A stretch of 64,000 nt of DNA, taken from the NCBI GenBank assembly GCA_963663165.1, contig OY760175.1, positions 864,001-928,000 on the forward strand, read 5' to 3'. The notes beneath the pieces were generated by a model. The model was not told the DNA's origin and ran no database searches. It saw only the letters and a program-made list of their open reading frames with translations. Positions within the stretch are counted from its first letter, which is position 1. Every line of letters starts with the position of its first letter. Origin of the DNA: an uncultured Desulfospira sp. GTDB lineage: Bacteria; Desulfobacterota; Desulfobacteria; Desulfobacterales; Desulfobacteraceae. Below are positions 10,589-21,023 of the stretch, in pieces. The translations under genes were made by a program, and so were the position numbers.

Positions 10589-10975
10589 TCAAGGAAAAAT
10601 CAATTTATCCAGAATTAAGCCATAAAACCGGTTCACCATGCCGCCGGTTTCGCCGGAAAAAATCCAGCCCAGATGGGATCCGCACCCGGCACAGGCACCA
10701 ATGGTCCATGAATATCCGGGAAACCAGGTAAATTCATCAGATCGTTGGGAAACCGGCACACACCCCGGGGCATGGGAAAAACAGCCGATTTCAAATACAT
10801 TGCCGTGGGGATTGGCAAACACATGGGCATGGGCATCATTGACCCGGATGCTCAGTTCCGGTTTGGTAACAAGTTGGCTGCAAACCCTGCAGATAATCAC
10901 CTTTTCATCTTCAACGAGGGTCTGGCTGTCGGGTTCTGTAAGGGTCTCAGACCGCTGTTTGCAAATAACGGCCAT
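10589..10975 (-). CDS. Cereblon-family (CULT, thalidomide-binding domain) protein
   Basis: CxxC, NPHG.F, FTWFPGYSW, CxxC.SHLGW.F. Confidence 0.9.
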   Translation of the reverse strand: MAVICKQRSETLTEPDSQTLVEDEKVIICRVCSQLVTKPELSIRVNDAHAHVFANPHGNVFEIGCFSHAPGCVPVSQRSDEFTWFPGYSWTIGACAGCGSHLGWIFSGETGGMVNRFYGLILDKLIFP

Positions 10976-10980
10976 GACAG

Positions 10981-11697
10981 TTACCGGTCTTCTTTGTCAA
11001 TCACATACAAAGTGGCCCCCACCGGCGCAAAAGAAAGGATAAGGATATTCAGCCAGGGGATGAGAAACAAAAGCCCGAATCCCAGGTGAAACAGCAGATG
11101 ACGCTTTAAAAAGCCAAGCCTTTCGGAAAAGGGTTTCATCCGCCGGGCCGGCACAAGGTCGGTATTGTCCCAGGCCATAAACATGGCCCCGGCCATGGCG
11201 GAGATGATCAAAATCGCAGGACTGATGGGGGTGAACAGGCCAAGCCCCATGATTACAATACTGATCAGCACCGGGATCACGGCTCGGGGGATTTCCTGCC
11301 TGATCAGATAAATGAAAAAAGCCACCCAGGAGGCCTGAACCGGATGTTTTTCATGGCCTAGAACCAGTCTTTCTGTAATCCTGGACATATAGTCCATGAT
11401 AAACACACAGAAAAACAACTGGGCAATGAGGTAAGCAATGATCATGGCAATGCCGGCCAGAAACAAGGACAGCAGCCAGGAGGCCACATGCCAGACATAT
11501 ATCAGCCACCCGCCGTCGGGTGCCGTCCATATCATGGACAGAATATTGTCATGATGAAGCAAAATTAACCCGCTTAAAGAAAGGGTCAAGGCAAACACCA
11601 CAAAAAATCTGAGCAGCCCGAGCAACAGTAGTGAAGGGGTTTTTAAAGAAAGAAGCAGTCCTTTGATGTTATATTGAATTCCTGAAAAAAATTCCAT
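10981..11697 (-). CDS. EI24/CysZ-family membrane protein
   Basis: Four to five TM segments, C-terminal IPWLN...P.GAT. Confidence 0.75.
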   Translation of the reverse strand: MEFFSGIQYNIKGLLLSLKTPSLLLLGLLRFFVVFALTLSLSGLILLHHDNILSMIWTAPDGGWLIYVWHVASWLLSLFLAGIAMIIAYLIAQLFFCVFIMDYMSRITERLVLGHEKHPVQASWVAFFIYLIRQEIPRAVIPVLISIVIMGLGLFTPISPAILIISAMAGAMFMAWDNTDLVPARRMKPFSERLGFLKRHLLFHLGFGLLFLIPWLNILILSFAPVGATLYVIDKEDR

Positions 11698-11781
11698 TTT
11701 ATCCCTTGATAATCCTGGTAATGGTTGTATTTATTCCCTTACTATAGAAAATATTAAATCCGACTTCAAGGAGTTTGCCCC

Positions 11782-12660
11782 ATGAAGACCTATTATGTGG
11801 ACGGCCGGTTTGTCCCGGCAGATCAGGCCGTCATTCCAGTTGATGACCTTGCTGTGCTCAGGGGATATGGTGTGTGCGACATCATGCGGACCTATAACGG
11901 CAGACCCTTTTTTTTAAATGAACATATCAGGCGGCTCCAGCATTCCGCCGCCCAGATCGGCTTGACCCTGCCCTGGGATGAGGACCGGATCAAAGAAATC
12001 GTTCTTGAAACCATTGAAAAAAATTTCAACGGTTCTTTATCAGGTGCCGGCCGCCCCGATGACAGCGAAATGGATGAGGCCAATATCCGGATTGTCATCA
12101 CCGGCGGTTCCAGCCCTGACTTTTTAAATCCCAAGGGCCGGCCCCGCCTCATTGTTCTGGTTACCCCCATTACCAAACTGCCCGAAGAATGGTACACCGA
12201 TGGGGCCAAGATTATCACCGTTGAACGGGAAAGATCCATTCCCGGGGCCAAGGTGACCTCTTACGTCCCGGCGGCCCTGGCCCTTAAAAAAGCCAAAACC
12301 GTGGGGGCCATGGAGGCCCTGTATGTGAATTCAGCCGGGGAGGCCCTTGAATGCACCACCTCCAATTTATTTGCCTTTTTCGGCAATTGCCTGGTAACGG
12401 CAGGCTCCGGCATTCTTAAGGGCATCACCCGGGAACTGATCATGACCCTTGGTGCCGATATGTTCGAGATAAAAGAAGAAAAACTGCTGTTAAAGGATCT
12501 TCTCAAGGCAGATGAGGTCTTTATCACGGGCACCAACAAGGGCGTGGTTCCGGTGATTCAAATTGACGATACCGTTATCAAGGACGGCCGGCCCGGAAAA
12601 AACACCCTTAAAATTCTCAATGCCTTGAACCGGCACGCCGAAGAATTTTCTAAATCTTAG
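11782..12660 (+). CDS. Class IV PLP aminotransferase (IlvE/D-alanine transaminase-like)
   Basis: RGYGV, EHI.RL, ECTTSN.F, LKGITR, ADEVF.TGT. Confidence 0.9.
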   Translation: MKTYYVDGRFVPADQAVIPVDDLAVLRGYGVCDIMRTYNGRPFFLNEHIRRLQHSAAQIGLTLPWDEDRIKEIVLETIEKNFNGSLSGAGRPDDSEMDEANIRIVITGGSSPDFLNPKGRPRLIVLVTPITKLPEEWYTDGAKIITVERERSIPGAKVTSYVPAALALKKAKTVGAMEALYVNSAGEALECTTSNLFAFFGNCLVTAGSGILKGITRELIMTLGADMFEIKEEKLLLKDLLKADEVFITGTNKGVVPVIQIDDTVIKDGRPGKNTLKILNALNRHAEEFSKS

Positions 12661-12676
12661 CTATCCGGATATATTT

Positions 12677-13579
12677 ATGCCCCAGGCCCGGTACATTGAA
12701 ACAAGGCGTCAGGGACGCCTGAAACAAAAAATCAAACAGGCCTATGACCTGATGGAAAGCTGCTGCCTGTGCCCCAGGGAATGCCAAGTGGACCGTGCCC
12801 GGGATCAGACCGGGGTCTGCAGGGCTTCAAACGTTCTGGAAATTTCAAGTTACTGTCCCCACTTTGGTGAAGAGCCCCCCTTGTCCGGGACCCAGGGCTC
12901 GGGCACCATTTTTTTTACCCATTGCAGCTTGCGGTGCCTTTTCTGCCAGAACCATGACATCAGCATCCAGGGCCAGGGCCAAAGGGCCCAAACCGGCCAG
13001 TTGGCTTCGGTCATGCTGGCCCTTCAAAAGGCCGGATGCCACAACATCAACCTGGTCACCCCGGGGCATTTCCTGCCCTTTATCCTTGAAGAACTCGATA
13101 TTGCGGCCCGGAACGGCCTGACGCTTCCTTTGATATACAACTCATCAGGGTATGAACGCCTTGAAGCCCTCAAAATCCTGGACGGGATTGTGGATATTTA
13201 CCTTCCGGATTTTAAATTCTGGGACCCGGACATCGCCCAAAAAATCTGCAACGCCCGGGATTATCCGTCCGTCGCCCGGCAGGCCGTAACGGAAATGTTC
13301 CATCAGGTCGGGAATCTTAAAACCGATTCAAAGGGCATTGCCGTTTACGGTCTTCTTGTCCGCCACCTGGTGTTGCCTGAAAACCTGGCCGGCACCCGTG
13401 AAGTGGTAGAATTTTTAAGCCGGAATGTCTCCCCAAACTGCCGGATCAATGTCATGTCCCAATACCGGCCCATGTACCGGGCCCGCACCCTGCCTGAACT
13501 GTCAAGACAGGTCTCAGCCTTAGAATACAAAGACGCGTTAAACCTTGCAAAGCGGTCCGGTCTGTCAACTGGCGATTAA
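12677..13579 (+). CDS. Radical SAM protein, PflX-like
   Basis: CCLCPREC, HFGEEPP, C.LRC.FCQN, DIYLPDFK, VRHLVLP. Confidence 0.9.
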   Translation: MPQARYIETRRQGRLKQKIKQAYDLMESCCLCPRECQVDRARDQTGVCRASNVLEISSYCPHFGEEPPLSGTQGSGTIFFTHCSLRCLFCQNHDISIQGQGQRAQTGQLASVMLALQKAGCHNINLVTPGHFLPFILEELDIAARNGLTLPLIYNSSGYERLEALKILDGIVDIYLPDFKFWDPDIAQKICNARDYPSVARQAVTEMFHQVGNLKTDSKGIAVYGLLVRHLVLPENLAGTREVVEFLSRNVSPNCRINVMSQYRPMYRARTLPELSRQVSALEYKDALNLAKRSGLSTGD

Positions 13580-13680
13580 AAAACAGTTGACCGGGGAATG
13601 GCCTTATTGTATCTTGAAATACATAACGTGTTATACAAATCACCCTTGATTCACCCGAGCCCAAATGGAGGGAATAACCT

Positions 13681-13824
13681 ATGGAGCAGTATGGGTTACT
13701 CATCGACTATCATTATTGTACGGGGTGCCATAGCTGTGAGGTGGCCTGCCAGCAAGAGCACAGTCTCCCTGCGGATACCTTCGGAATCACCGTAACGGAA
13801 TATGTTTTGAAAAACTGGTGGTGA
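13681..13824 (+). pseudogene. N-terminal fragment of a DmsB-type Fe-S subunit
   Basis: RBS then MEQYGLLIDYHYCTGCHSCEVACQQEH; truncated; absent from the ORF track. Confidence 0.75.
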
Positions 13825-14075
13825 TTGACCCGCGCATGTCCTGGGCCGCTACCCGTGCCGACCTGTGGCTGCGTCCCCGTCCCGGGACAGACGGCGCGCT
13901 GGCCCTGGGACTGCTCAATGTCATTATCAATGAAAACCTTTATGATAAGGAGTTTGTCGAGAAATGGACCCACGGCTTTGACGAACTCAAACAACGGGTT
14001 CAGGAATACCCGGTACAAAAAGTCTCCCAAATCACCTGGGTCCCGGCAGAAGATATCGTCAAGGCGGCCCGAAGG
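13812..14075 (+). pseudogene. Internal fragment of a molybdopterin oxidoreductase catalytic subunit
   Basis: KLVVIDPR...ADLWL..RPGTDGALALGL..VII.E.LYD.EFV.KWT.GF. Confidence 0.85.
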
Positions 14076-14086
14076 AAAATCCCGCA

Positions 14087-14539
14087 ATGAATTCACACCG
14101 TACGCTTAATAATGTCTTACGGATCAAACGACTATACTCCTACCTGAACAAAAACCGAACCCAATGGCTCTCCACCTTTGACATCACCGCAACCCAATGT
14201 GATATTCTCATGTTTCTGTACGATAACATGGACAATAAGGAAATAAATCAAAAATCCCTTGAAGAATACCTTATGGTCAGTAACCCTGCCGTTTCAGGCG
14301 TCATAAAGCGGCTCCAGGATAAAGGGCTTATCTCAAGCAAACAAAGCACCATTGATGCCCGGAACAAATGCCTGACGCTTACAAAACCCGGACTTCATTG
14401 TGCCCAAACCATTATTGAAAAAGGAAGGGACAGCCAGGACCTTCTGTTGATAAAGGGCATGACCAAAGAGGAGGCGGACCAGTTTCAAAAACTCCTGAAC
14501 CATGCGTTAAAAAATCTGGAAGTCAAAAAAGGAAAATAA
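14087..14539 (+). CDS. MarR-family regulator
   Basis: IT.TQ..IL..L, wHTH, DARNK.L.LT..G. Confidence 0.85.
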   Translation: MNSHRTLNNVLRIKRLYSYLNKNRTQWLSTFDITATQCDILMFLYDNMDNKEINQKSLEEYLMVSNPAVSGVIKRLQDKGLISSKQSTIDARNKCLTLTKPGLHCAQTIIEKGRDSQDLLLIKGMTKEEADQFQKLLNHALKNLEVKKGK

Positions 14540-14555
14540 TCCCTCACGCCCGGGT

Positions 14556-15497
14556 TTATTTTATTCCCCCTACCCCCTGCAAAGCCGTCCGGTCTCTTTT
14601 TTGATCCAGCAAAAGGGCTTTGGTCAACCATTCTTTGAACAATTGAACGCCCTGTGTGGTTTGATGAGAATCAGGCCATGAAAAATAGTAACCGCCTGTT
14701 TTTATCGTGGCAAGGCCAAAGGGCGCTGCCAGCCGGCCGGAGGCCAGTTCCTCCCTTATCAGAAACAGATCCCCCAATGCCACCCCTATGCCTGCCGTGG
14801 CAGCCTGGAGAGCGGCATCATCCACCTCAAACACCTGCCCTTTATCCAGGGGAAGATCCGGCACGCCGTTCTGGTCGGCCCATGCGGCCCACTCCTTTAA
14901 ATCGGGGCTGTTATGGAGCAGCATGTGGTGTTTCAAGTCTCCAGGGCGGCAAAGGCCGGGATTACCCCGGGCGAGTTTGGGAGAACAGACCACAACGAGC
15001 TGTTCCGTGAGAATCACCTGCCGGTTCACGCCGGGGATTTTTTCACCCAGATGGGTGATGCCCGCATCAAAATTCTCCCTTGAAAAATCCACATTGACAC
15101 TGGATGTGGTAAACCGGACCTGGATGTCCGGGTAAAGGGCCTGAAAGAGATGAAGCTTTGGAATCAGCCAGCGGATGGCAAAGGTGGGGTGAACCTTTAA
15201 GTTTAAATCATGGGGATGGCGGGTCAGGCGCTCCAGGGCATTGGAGATAATGTCAAAGGCCCGGGCAAGGTCCCGGGAAAGCACCCTGCCCTGATCGGTC
15301 AGGACAAGTTCCCGGTGATGCCTGTGGAACAGCACCACGTTAAGCGCGGTTTCCAGAAGCTTGACCTGGCGGCTCACCGCGCCCTGGGTCACGCTCAGTT
15401 CCCGGGCCGCCCGGGTAAAGGACAGATGCCGCGCGGCCGCCTCAAACGCCTTGAGCCCGTTCAGGGACGGCAGATGGCAGATATGGGGATTTTGCAT
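14556..15497 (-). CDS. LysR-family regulator (GcvA-like), divergent from rocD
   Basis: LPSLNGLKAFEAAARHLSFTRAA.EL.VTQGAVSRQ. Confidence 0.93.
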   Translation of the reverse strand: MQNPHICHLPSLNGLKAFEAAARHLSFTRAARELSVTQGAVSRQVKLLETALNVVLFHRHHRELVLTDQGRVLSRDLARAFDIISNALERLTRHPHDLNLKVHPTFAIRWLIPKLHLFQALYPDIQVRFTTSSVNVDFSRENFDAGITHLGEKIPGVNRQVILTEQLVVVCSPKLARGNPGLCRPGDLKHHMLLHNSPDLKEWAAWADQNGVPDLPLDKGQVFEVDDAALQAATAGIGVALGDLFLIREELASGRLAAPFGLATIKTGGYYFSWPDSHQTTQGVQLFKEWLTKALLLDQKRDRTALQGVGGIK

Positions 15498-15647
15498 GAG
15501 TTTTTCTCATCCTTTGGATGTCTTAAAATGATTTGACCGGTCTGTTTAATACTGTAATATTATAAAAATAAAAACCCTGTGCTTATATTTATCTTGAAAA
15601 AAAATCGGGCATAAGGCGTTTGCACCCCATCCATGAAAGGCAAAGCC

Positions 15648-16856
15648 ATGAAGACAAAAGAATATATCGACCTTGAAGACCGTTACGGTGCCAGAAACTA
15701 CAAACCCCTGGACATTGTTCTTTGCCGGGGCGAAGGCATCTGGGTATGGGATGTGGACGGCAACCGATACCTGGACTGCCTGTCTGCCTATTCCGCCGTG
15801 AACCAGGGCCACTGCCACCCCAAGATCCGTCAGGCCATGCTGGAACAGGCCGATAAACTGACCCTGACCTCCCGGGCCTTCCGCAATGACCAGCTGCCCC
15901 TTTTGTATGAGCAGTTGTGCCGCCTGACCAACTCCCACAAGGTGCTGCCCATGAACTCCGGGGCTGAGGCCGTTGAAACCGTGATCAAGTGTGCCAGAAA
16001 ATGGGGATATGAATCCAAAGGGATTGCCAGAGACCAGGCTCAGATCATCGTATGCCAAAACAATTTTCACGGCCGGACCCTGTCCATCATCGGGTTCTCC
16101 ACCGACGACAACGCCCGGGAAAATTTCGGCCCCTTTACCCCGGGGTTTGTCACCATTCCCTTTGGGGATGCCGCGGCCCTTGAAGATGCCATCACCCCCG
16201 ACACCGTGGCCTTTTTAGTGGAACCCATCCAGGGAGAAGCCGGTGTTATCATCCCGCCCAGGGGATATTTAAAGAAAGTTCGAAAGATCTGCACCCGGAA
16301 CAATATCCTGATGATTTTAGATGAAATCCAGACCGGCCTTGGCCGGACCGGCAAGCTTTTGGCCGAAGAACACGAAGGGGTTCAGGCCGACCTGACCCTC
16401 ATCGGCAAGGCGTTGTCCGGCGGATTCTACCCGGTCTCTGCGGTGCTCTCCAATGAGGCGGTACTCGGGCTGCTTCAGCCGGGCCAGCACGGCTCCACCT
16501 TTGGCGGCAACCCCATGGCCTGTGCCGTGGCCCGCATGGCTTTAACGGTTCTGGTTGAAGAAAATATGGTGGAAAATGCGGCACAGATGGGCACCTATTT
16601 TCTGGATCAGCTCAACAAAATCAAACACCCGGCCATCAAGGAAATACGGGGGATCGGCCTGATGATCGCCGTTGAACTTCATGAGGGGACAAAAGGCGGT
16701 GCCCGGGCCATTTGTGAGGATCTTTCCCACATGGGTATCCTGTGCAAGGAAACCCACACCTATACCATCCGCTTCGCCCCGCCCCTGATCATTGGAAAGG
16801 CCGATATTGACTGGGCCGTTGAAAAAATCAACCAGGCCTTTAAAAATTTAAAATAG
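15648..16856 (+). CDS. rocD: Ornithine aminotransferase
   Basis: [44 protein letters not shown]. Confidence 0.93.
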   Translation: MKTKEYIDLEDRYGARNYKPLDIVLCRGEGIWVWDVDGNRYLDCLSAYSAVNQGHCHPKIRQAMLEQADKLTLTSRAFRNDQLPLLYEQLCRLTNSHKVLPMNSGAEAVETVIKCARKWGYESKGIARDQAQIIVCQNNFHGRTLSIIGFSTDDNARENFGPFTPGFVTIPFGDAAALEDAITPDTVAFLVEPIQGEAGVIIPPRGYLKKVRKICTRNNILMILDEIQTGLGRTGKLLAEEHEGVQADLTLIGKALSGGFYPVSAVLSNEAVLGLLQPGQHGSTFGGNPMACAVARMALTVLVEENMVENAAQMGTYFLDQLNKIKHPAIKEIRGIGLMIAVELHEGTKGGARAICEDLSHMGILCKETHTYTIRFAPPLIIGKADIDWAVEKINQAFKNLK

Positions 16857-16947
16857 CAGGAAATTCCTTGAAATTCGGCCTATTTTTAAAGATATTGGTT
16901 TCTTGAATTTAAATTTGGTGGTTACACGGCTTGAGGAGGCATGGCCC

Positions 16948-17790
16948 ATGGGAATTGATGATATCATAATCGACAAAGAAAAATGCGTCAGGGACGGCCG
17001 CTGCGCCGCCATATGCCCATCCATCTTCCATGTCTCTTCTGAATCCGGCGGCTATCCGGTGGTGTTGGATTCCGAAAAGGAAATGTGCATGGGATGCGGG
17101 CAGTGTGTGGCCATCTGCCCTGCCGGTGCGATCACCAACGGAAACATCACCTTGGACACCTGCCCGGCCATTGAACCGGATTTGACCATCAATGAAAAAC
17201 AGATGATCCAGTTTTTAAGGTCCAGAAGAAGCGTTCGGGTCTATAAGCGAAAAGCCGTGGAACCGGCCGTGATCGAAAAACTCATTCGCATCGCCCAATA
17301 TGCCCCGAGTGCCGGCAACGGCCAGGAGGTTGAGTGGACGGTTTTCAACGGCCGGGCCCGGCTGGACAATTTCGTGAATGCAGCCATGGGATGGCTCAAA
17401 AAAGAGATTCAAGAGAATCCCACCGGCGAAATCGGAAGCTACGCCGCCCATCATGCCATTCTTAAGGATTGGGAAACCCGCAAACTGGATGGCCTGCTCT
17501 GGGGGGCGCCGGCCCTACTGATCGCCTCTTCGGATCAGGATTCCTGTGAAGCCATGGTCAATATCTCCCTGGCCCTGTCCTATCTGGACCTTGCCGCCCC
17601 AGCCCTGGGGCTTGGCACCTGCTGGACCGGCACCTTTAATGAGGCCATGGGCCACAACCCGTTAAAGGCAGAAATCGGTCTGCCCCCAAACCATACCCAC
17701 CACTATGCCATGATCCTGGGATATCCCAGGCACCCGTTTTTACGACTGCCCCCCAGAAAGCCGCCGGTTATTCACTGGCAGGCAAAATAA
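16948..17790 (+). CDS. Nitroreductase with N-terminal 4Fe-4S domain
   Basis: Two CxxCxxCxxxCP-like motifs, RRSVR.Y, APSAGN, LGLGTCW. Confidence 0.9.
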   Translation: MGIDDIIIDKEKCVRDGRCAAICPSIFHVSSESGGYPVVLDSEKEMCMGCGQCVAICPAGAITNGNITLDTCPAIEPDLTINEKQMIQFLRSRRSVRVYKRKAVEPAVIEKLIRIAQYAPSAGNGQEVEWTVFNGRARLDNFVNAAMGWLKKEIQENPTGEIGSYAAHHAILKDWETRKLDGLLWGAPALLIASSDQDSCEAMVNISLALSYLDLAAPALGLGTCWTGTFNEAMGHNPLKAEIGLPPNHTHHYAMILGYPRHPFLRLPPRKPPVIHWQAK

Positions 17791-18027
17791 GGGCCTGACC
17801 GGCCACTTTCAGGCGATTAAAGGGCAAAGGGATTAATCAGAGCCCTGGTGGTCAACATTCCATATTGGGGATATTTCAATGTGGGTGTCGTCCTCATGGG
17901 AATTTTTAATGATCTGGCCTCCCGATAGTTTTACTATTGAATGCTGTTTTGAAATAGGCTTTGGGGGCGTGGATACGATAGTACTTGACCTTAATTAAAT
18001 ATGGTGTCCCACGAATCCCAAAGGATT

Positions 18028-18792
18028 TTAAAACCGGAGTGACAGGCAGCTCAGCCCGCCGTCCAGTTTTCTGAATTCCGAGGTGTCCACGGCCATGGTT
18101 TTGAGCCCGGCATCTTCGATCAATTTTCTTGTTTTGGGAAACCATTCCGGGACAATCACATAATCGTTGACCCGGATGCAGTTGGCCGCGTAACTCTCCT
18201 CTTCGGGAATCTCAATCATATCAAAGGAACGGAACTCTTTTTTATTTTTGAATTCGCCTGCCGCCAAAAGGATGTTCTCTTCCAGGTATGACAACCCGGT
18301 CTTTAAGTGAAGCATATCGCTCATTTCAACCATGGACCCGTCCATCCCGTGGGCACTCAAGGCCGCAATGAGCTGCGCCGCCCCTTCCCGGTTGGTCCGG
18401 TCCGAAAGGCCGATATAATAGTGGTCCTTTACCATCATCACATCCCCGCCTTCCAGGGTGCCCGGGGCCGTTATCTGCTCAATGTGGTCATAAAATCCGC
18501 TGAGGACGGCTGCCGTGTCTTCTTGTTCCCCCATCCGGGACCGGGCGCCGGGGCGGGTGACCATGGCAAAGGCCCGGGTGCAGACGGCCACATCCTCAAT
18601 AAAACAGGAATCCGGAAAATTCTCGTCCGGGTCCAGCACGGTCACGCCGACCCCGCAGGCCTCAAGGGCCCGGATATAGGTTTGGTGCTGTTCCAACGCC
18701 TTCGCATAATCAGGGGCGCCCAGTTCAGGCGAAGCGGTAATGCCGGCCGTTAAAGTAGATGCCGGGGTTTTAACAATGGCATATTTAAACAT
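18028..18792 (-). CDS. Dimethylarginine dimethylaminohydrolase (DDAH) family
   Basis: FPDSCFIED, LEGGDV, HLKTG, DGGLSCLSLRF. Confidence 0.9.
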   Translation of the reverse strand: MFKYAIVKTPASTLTAGITASPELGAPDYAKALEQHQTYIRALEACGVGVTVLDPDENFPDSCFIEDVAVCTRAFAMVTRPGARSRMGEQEDTAAVLSGFYDHIEQITAPGTLEGGDVMMVKDHYYIGLSDRTNREGAAQLIAALSAHGMDGSMVEMSDMLHLKTGLSYLEENILLAAGEFKNKKEFRSFDMIEIPEEESYAANCIRVNDYVIVPEWFPKTRKLIEDAGLKTMAVDTSEFRKLDGGLSCLSLRF

Positions 18793-18892
18793 AATCTTTC
18801 CCTTTGAATATTAGACTTACGGTATTGGCCAGATGAATATTCCTTTTTAAAGAGGATTTCAATTTTTGACCTTCAGCCTTCAGGCTAACTAC

Positions 18893-19696
18893 CTAAAGCA
18901 TTCCGGCCCTGAAGGCCTTTAAGTAGTTCATACAATACCCGTCCCTGCCGGCAAGGGCCTCAGCCGTTACAATGGCGGCCATCATCTTTTGGTCCAGGGG
19001 GTTGGCAATGGCGCCGTCCAGTCCCTTGGCAACGGCCATGGCCATGAAGGTCCGGTTCATGAGCCCCCTTGCAGGCATGCCAAAGGAGATGTTGGACAGC
19101 CCGCACATGGTGTGGATGCCTTCATGCCGGTCCATGAGCTTTTCAATGGTGTCTAAAAATGCCGTGCCAAAAGAGACATTGGTGCTGATGGCCTGAACCA
19201 GGGGGTCAACATAGATATTTTCAGGTTTCACATTGGCCTGGATCAGCTTATTGATCAGCGCATCGGCAATGGAAAGCCGTTCATCCACCGTGGCCGGGGT
19301 GCCTTTGTCGTTCATGCAAAGGGCAATGATTTTAAAGTCGCTGCCGGACACCATGGGCAGCATGGCTTCAAGCTTGTCCGTTTCAAGGGAGATGGAGTTA
19401 ATCATGGGGGGGGTGCCGGTTTTGGCGGACAGATAATTTAACGCCTGGTCCAGCACTTCAGGGTTGGGGCTGTCAACACAGACCGGGATGTCGCAGGCAT
19501 CAAGAATCTGGTCAATGACCCATTTAAGGCAACCGGTCTCCTTGTCCCTGAAGACCCCGGCATTGGCATCAATATAGGCAGCCCCGGCCCCGGCCTGATC
19601 CTGTGCAAGTTTCCGGATAAAGGCCCCGTCCTTTGTTTCAATGGCGGTCTGTACGGCCTTCCGGGTGGCGTTGATCAATTCACCGACGATAATCAT
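18893..19696 (-). CDS. Methyltetrahydrofolate:corrinoid methyltransferase (AcsE-like)
   Basis: IIVGELINAT, CVDSPN, INSIS, YVDPLV, GLSNISFG; ATGA overlap with the MFS gene. Confidence 0.9.
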   Translation of the reverse strand: MIIVGELINATRKAVQTAIETKDGAFIRKLAQDQAGAGAAYIDANAGVFRDKETGCLKWVIDQILDACDIPVCVDSPNPEVLDQALNYLSAKTGTPPMINSISLETDKLEAMLPMVSGSDFKIIALCMNDKGTPATVDERLSIADALINKLIQANVKPENIYVDPLVQAISTNVSFGTAFLDTIEKLMDRHEGIHTMCGLSNISFGMPARGLMNRTFMAMAVAKGLDGAIANPLDQKMMAAIVTAEALAGRDGYCMNYLKAFRAGML

Positions 19697-20865
19697 ATGG
19701 CATATTCTCCCCATTTTCTGTGAATCACAATGTAAAATCCGAGGCTGACCAGGACACTGACCGCGCACATCAGGAGCACCGGACCAAAACCTGTGCCGTC
19801 CTCACCCACCAAAAGGGCGGCCAGGGCCGGTCCCAACGTAAAGCCGATCCCCTGAAAAGCCGGCACCAGAACCGCATACCGGCCCGTATGGTCAAAGCCG
19901 CTGAGGGAGCCCAGCTGAAATATATCGGTTACGTTCCAGAACATGAAAAACAGGGTGGATCCCAGGATATAGGCCATGGGGGTCAATGATATTCCCAGGC
20001 CCGCCATGATCAGGATTTCAGCCACCAGGGTAATCATCAGGGGGCGGGCCTGGCCGAATCTACCCCCGAGCCAGGTGGCAAACAGGCAGCTGGTCAGGCT
20101 TGCCAGATTCCCCAAAGACAGGCAGGTCAGGACCGTACCGTCTGAAAGGCCCGATGCCAGCCCGATTCTCTCTGCATAAGCCCAGAAGGTATTGACATTG
20201 GCAGCGAAAAAACAGATGGCCCCCAGGCTGAGGAAACAGGGCAGCACCACCGGATTCTTAGCCTTGTGTTCAAGCTCCTCCGGGGTTTCAATGTATCTTG
20301 CGGGAAAAAACCGGATGAACACAAAGCAGACCAGCGTTACCAGGGCAAAGGCATAAAATATGGCCTCAACATTCCACGTTGCGGACAGATACGGCAGGGC
20401 AATCAGCTCAAGCCCGATAAAGGCAACCGAGAACAGATATAAAACAGCAAAGTTCCGGGTGGGGTTGCTTGTTCCGGACAGGCAGGCCAGCACCAGGGAC
20501 CAGTTGATTCCCTGGCTGAACCCGGCAAATATCCAGATCAGAACCAGGGGGGCCATGGTGTCGGGCTGAACCATGGCAATGAGCAGGTGGCTGATGACGG
20601 CCAGAACGGTCCCGGCGGCCAGGATCCAGCGCCGGTTCAAGGTGGTGATCACAAAGGTGCACAAAACGGAGGCCACGGTCATTCCCCCCATATACGCAGA
20701 CGCCACAAACCCGATTTTCTGTTCTGAATAGGCCCATTTCACCACCATCTCGTTGAGTATGACCGGCATACCGGCAATAAAGCAATTGGCAGTGATGCCG
20801 ACAATGATGGCCGTTACAATCACCATAGGACGATTAAATGTTGAATTTACCTGTTCTGGTTCCAT
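19693..20865 (-). CDS. MFS transporter
   Basis: About 12 hydrophobic segments, 390 aa. Confidence 0.85.
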   Translation of the reverse strand: MEPEQVNSTFNRPMVIVTAIIVGITANCFIAGMPVILNEMVVKWAYSEQKIGFVASAYMGGMTVASVLCTFVITTLNRRWILAAGTVLAVISHLLIAMVQPDTMAPLVLIWIFAGFSQGINWSLVLACLSGTSNPTRNFAVLYLFSVAFIGLELIALPYLSATWNVEAIFYAFALVTLVCFVFIRFFPARYIETPEELEHKAKNPVVLPCFLSLGAICFFAANVNTFWAYAERIGLASGLSDGTVLTCLSLGNLASLTSCLFATWLGGRFGQARPLMITLVAEILIMAGLGISLTPMAYILGSTLFFMFWNVTDIFQLGSLSGFDHTGRYAVLVPAFQGIGFTLGPALAALLVGEDGTGFGPVLLMCAVSVLVSLGFYIVIHRKWGEYAI

Positions 20866-20930
20866 AAGTCTTTTTCCAAAGTTAAAAATTCAGGGGGTGC
20901 CCCGGCAGGGCAATGCCGGCAAAAGGGCAT

Positions 20931-21023
20931 TTATATGAAAGTCTCACTAACATCTTGAGAAGACTTTCATTATTTGTTGTGGGCGGTTCTTGGTTGGATA
21001 ACCAAGGCGGCCCGTGGCCGTTA
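20931..21023 (-). repeat. ~91-bp repeat, copy B
   Basis: Begins at the TAA stop of the flavoprotein gene. Confidence 0.9.

Noticed and set aside
13770..14086. Imperfect inverted repeats around the molybdoenzyme fragment
   Set aside because: The left arm lies in Fe-S subunit coding sequence and the match is weak.
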